Assembly: GCA_943704425.1 (NCBI GenBank)
Contig: CALSCP010001127.1
Span: 1-64,000, forward strand
Direction of reading: 5' to 3'
DNA from: Ministeria vibrans ATCC 50519
Taxonomy: Eukaryota > Protista > Filasterea
Length of the DNA: 64,000 bases
In this document: one piece after another, positions 60,795 through 64,000 of the stretch
Layout: the number at the start of each line of letters is the position of its first letter
How positions within the stretch are numbered: position 1 is the stretch's first letter
Position numbers and translations under genes: made by a program
Notes under the pieces: generated by a model
Database searches by the model: none
The model's input: the letters and a program-made list of their open reading frames with translations, nothing else
What the model was told of the DNA's origin: nothing

Positions 60795-61952
60795 ATGTCT
60801 TCAAACCACAATAACGAAGCGGCAGGGCATGTTCCGTCCATTCCAGCGGAGGGACACATTGCTATTCAATCCGGAGTGTGCGCTCTCGTCTTCGGCTTTG
60901 GCCTGGCCACTTTCTTCTTGAGCGAAACGTAAAACCGGGCGCGGTCGTCGCTCGACCAACGGCGATTGACGTCTCTTCGCGCTGTGTCTCCTTCTCTCTC
61001 GTTCTCCTTTCAGGATGTGGCACGTCGGGGCGTACATGGTCTTCCTGGGCTTCTTCCACTGGTGCGAGTACATGCTTACAGCGGTGTACAACCATCCGCG
61101 CCTCTCCCTCGACTGTACGTTCCTCCATTCCATCTTTTCCCTTCTTCACCAATCCCACGCCATCATCTTCTGTGTGTTCCACTCTGCAGCGTTTCTTCTC
61201 AATCACAGTCCCGCCTACCACGCGGCAGCCGTCGCCGCCTGGGCTGAGTTCGCTCTGGAGTACATGTATGCGCCCGAATGGAAACAAGCCTCCGCGCTCG
61301 CCTACGTCGGTCTCCTGCTGGCCTTTGTCGGCGAAGCCACGCGTGTCTACGCCATGATCACGGCGAAACACAACTTTTCACATATTGTTCAGTTTCAAAA
61401 GGCCAAAGGTCACGTTCTGGTCACCAACGGGATCTATGGGTAAGAAGCGACTAGCAGAGGGAATTGGACTGATTGGGTCACACACACGCCCACTCACCAT
61501 AACACACCACAAAGACGCACAAAGACGCACACCACAAAGACGCACACCACAAAGACGCACAAAGACACACACCACAAAGACGCACAAACACACACACCAC
61601 AAAGACACACACCACAAAGACGCACAAAGACACACACCACAAAGACACGTACCGCAAAGACACACACACACACATTTACACACACTGTATTAGGCTGGCA
61701 CGTCACCCTGCGTACATGGGCTGGTTCCTGTTCAGCGTGTCGACACAGCTGTTGCTGCAAAATCCCGTATGTCTTGTGGCTTATGCAGTGGTGAGCTGGC
61801 GCTTCTTCAACGAGCGCATCCACGACGAAGAGATTGGCCTGCTGAGTTTCTTTGGCAAAGACTACATCAACTACCAAAAGAGCGTGTGGTCGGGCGTCCC
61901 CTTTGTCAAGGGCTACATTCTCTCGGAAGAGGAGGTGCGCAAGCTGCAATAG
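60795..61952 (+). CDS. ICMT: Isoprenylcysteine carboxyl methyltransferase (Ste14)
   Basis: FFHWCEYMLTA, FLLNHS, AMITAKHNFSHIV, HVLVTNGIY, RHPAYMGWF, FFNERIHDEEIGLLSFFG and GVPFVKG. Confidence 0.95.
61502..61682. repeat. Intronic CA-rich minisatellite (ACCACAAAGAC(G/A)CAC)n
   Basis: Direct reading of the sequence. Confidence 0.88.
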
Positions 61953-62022
61953 AACTTGAGGGAAACAAATGATAAAAAAAAAATTGTACGATTGAAATTT
62001 ACAATGCAATTAAAACAGACCA

Positions 62023-63150
62023 TCAGAGAAACGCCTTGAGGTGGTCCATGATGGCACGAATGCCAAGCGCATAGCCATCACAATGCCCATTGTCAAGCTG
62101 AGGGAACACATGAGCAAAGTCGATGGCACGGGCCTCGACCGCAGACGGAGGGAGGTCGCACGTAGGGCCAACACTCAAGGGCGCCCCCTCGTAGATAAGC
62201 AGCACCGACGACGAGTAGAAGCGAAACACGCGCTGCTGCTGTGCCCACGCCAGTAAATTCCCCAGACGGCTCAGCAACGCCGGTACCACGTCACGCCGCA
62301 GCACCGTTCCCGACGCTTCGCACTGGTCAGGGTCACCCCCGCCACTCAGAAACGCTTCAAATCCCGTTCCGACTGTTGCTTCGTCCAGTGACCGCCCATA
62401 CGTGCGAGGATACGTCCGAAACGTGTCACTTTTTCGCTCGTGTACTCGCATTCCCACTATTCGAAAGCCCAATCGCTCCTGAGGAGGGTACTGCAACCGA
62501 TACACAAGGGAAAACACGATGAAACGCGATGTGAGTTTGTGTACCGTTGCAAAGTGCGCGCATACCTTTGTGCGCTCTCGCTCAATCTTCTCAGGCGTGG
62601 CCAATTCGTCGTAAGTGCGAGTGCCAATTTTGATGTCCATAATGCAGGGGCGCCGGAAGCGACGTGTGAGGTCCTCCAGCTTGAGATACAGCGCCTGCTG
62701 ATACTCGACAACACCATGGAAGAATGGTACAATTTCCTTGGTCCATCGCAGCGCTGTATCCCACTCCTCGGCAGTGACGGACGCAGTGGACGACGATGTC
62801 GACGACAGCGTATACGATGACGACGACGACGAGGCATCGTCGCTCGTCGACAGCGTTTCAAAAGCACTCAGAAGATCGACGCCATCAGGACCCGCCTGAA
62901 CCGTCTCGTGAAACAGCAGCTTGTAAAACTGAAAGAGAAGCGACACGGGGTGAGGAGGAATTGCAACACACGTTGATGCTTACATCAGCTTCCTTCTCGC
63001 CGCGGCCGCGCGTCTGCAGCGGCTTGAAGACATAGCCTTCGGACGACTGCAACATAGGCAGGCCGGACGACTTGTGCCCGCCCACCTGCGACGCAAGCAC
63101 CTGCAGCGGCTCGCGCTCAACGGGCGGCTCGTCTTCTCCAATGGAGAGCT
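62023..63150 (-). CDS. IPMK: Inositol polyphosphate kinase (IPMK/IP6K family), first exon not located
   Basis: QVGGH, VFKP, LKLEDLT, PCIMDIKIGTRTY (PxxxDxKxG), GFRIVGM, SSVLLIYE and IDFAH. Confidence 0.88.
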
Positions 63151-63659
63151 ACTCAAGAATGGTAAGTAGCACACGAGAGTGCGAGAGAGTGCAAGAGAGG
63201 GAAAGAAAAGGAAAAAAGAAGAAAGAAAAAAAAAACACGACAAGACAAAGAAGGAGCGACTGCTGGTCGCACATACACAAAGGAGGAGTGTCCAATGCCA
63301 CTTACATGGGCAATGCACGCAGCCGTGTGCGGCACACTCGTCTGCGTGGCCAGGGGAGGAGGGCAGGACGCACACTCAACCATCCCATCCTGCGGCGCCT
63401 CCGTCTCGCGCATTGCGGCACTGCACACGACCGTACAAGGCCGTACAAACCCCTGAGTGACCGTACAACACCGCACGAGTGCTACACGAAACAGAGTGAG
63501 ACTGTGAGAGAAATCAGAAAAGGAGAGTAGTCAATAGTTCGTATGTCAAGTGTCAACCATTTACCATTCGCATTCTTTAATCTTTTTGACTTATCTACTG
63601 AGTGTAGTCAGTGAGCTGTGAGCAGTGTTCTTTATTCCTTCGTTTAACATCTCTGGTAG

Positions 63660-64000
63660 ATGTCTGACCCTGATAAGGTGGTGGATCGGGCGAATGCTGA
63701 TCGCGAGTGCTGGATTATCAAAGTAAGGGACATTGTGCGCTTGTGTGGTCTGCGCCACGCTCACAGATGCTCCAAAGGTCCCCGAGTATGTGGCCAAGGT
63801 GTGGAATGAGGCAGATGACATGAGTAACGTGGGCGTTCTCCGAACTTACGCGTAAGACAAACGAGAAAAGGAAAAACATTCGATGTGAAACGTTTCTTCC
63901 TCTCCTCAGAAACCCAACCAATGCAAAGCAGACCAAGGTGAGTTGAGGGCAGGCACTGCAGCGACGTACTATTGTATTGCTTTGCAGGAGATACTGTATG
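63660..64000 (+). CDS. GTF2F2: TFIIF small subunit (RAP30), 5' exons only; not in the ORF track
   Basis: Spliced MSDPDKVVDRANADRECWIIK|VPEYVAKVWNEADDMSNVGVLR matches the RAP30 N-terminal pattern WLVKVPxYLxxxW...VGxLR. GTAAG donors and AG acceptors are in phase. Confidence 0.8.

Noticed and set aside
63591-63936. Minus-strand ORFs at the window end
   Set aside because: The plus strand gives a spliced GTF2F2 N-terminus with canonical splice sites.

Overview
Gene-dense eukaryotic nuclear DNA, not prokaryotic. It has GC-rich exons, short GT-AG introns (often about 50-100 nt, many carrying TG, GA or AAT microsatellites), AT-rich spacers often under 200 bp, and four N-gaps. The gene set (animal-like P2X receptor, 53BP1-like, ASPM, CCDC61, TTLL9, four-jointed-like kinase) suggests a flagellated unicellular relative of animals, probably a choanoflagellate; this is inference. 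About 30 protein genes can be supported, including P2X, TP53BP1-like, a truncated ASCC3, STX5, CCDC61, PGPEP1, CRAMP1-like, TTLL9, a CRAL-TRIO protein, ASPM, a vWA protein, class II eIF4E, an HPt phosphorelay protein, a glycosyltransferase, THOC3, a glucuronokinase-pyrophosphorylase fusion, an FJX1/FAM20-like kinase, an alpha/beta hydrolase, a GHKL ATPase, ICMT, IPMK and the 5' end of GTF2F2. The most notable observations are: (1) three paralogues of an unrecognised secreted cysteine-rich protein family with matching 5-exon structure and KDEL-like ends; (2) a MORC/prokaryote-type GHKL ATPase with an apparent mitochondrial presequence; (3) a stand-alone HPt protein; (4) a four-jointed-like secretory kinase; (5) several genes broken off at AT-rich junctions. 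All exon boundaries were read by eye and all homologies come from remembered motifs, with no database searches.
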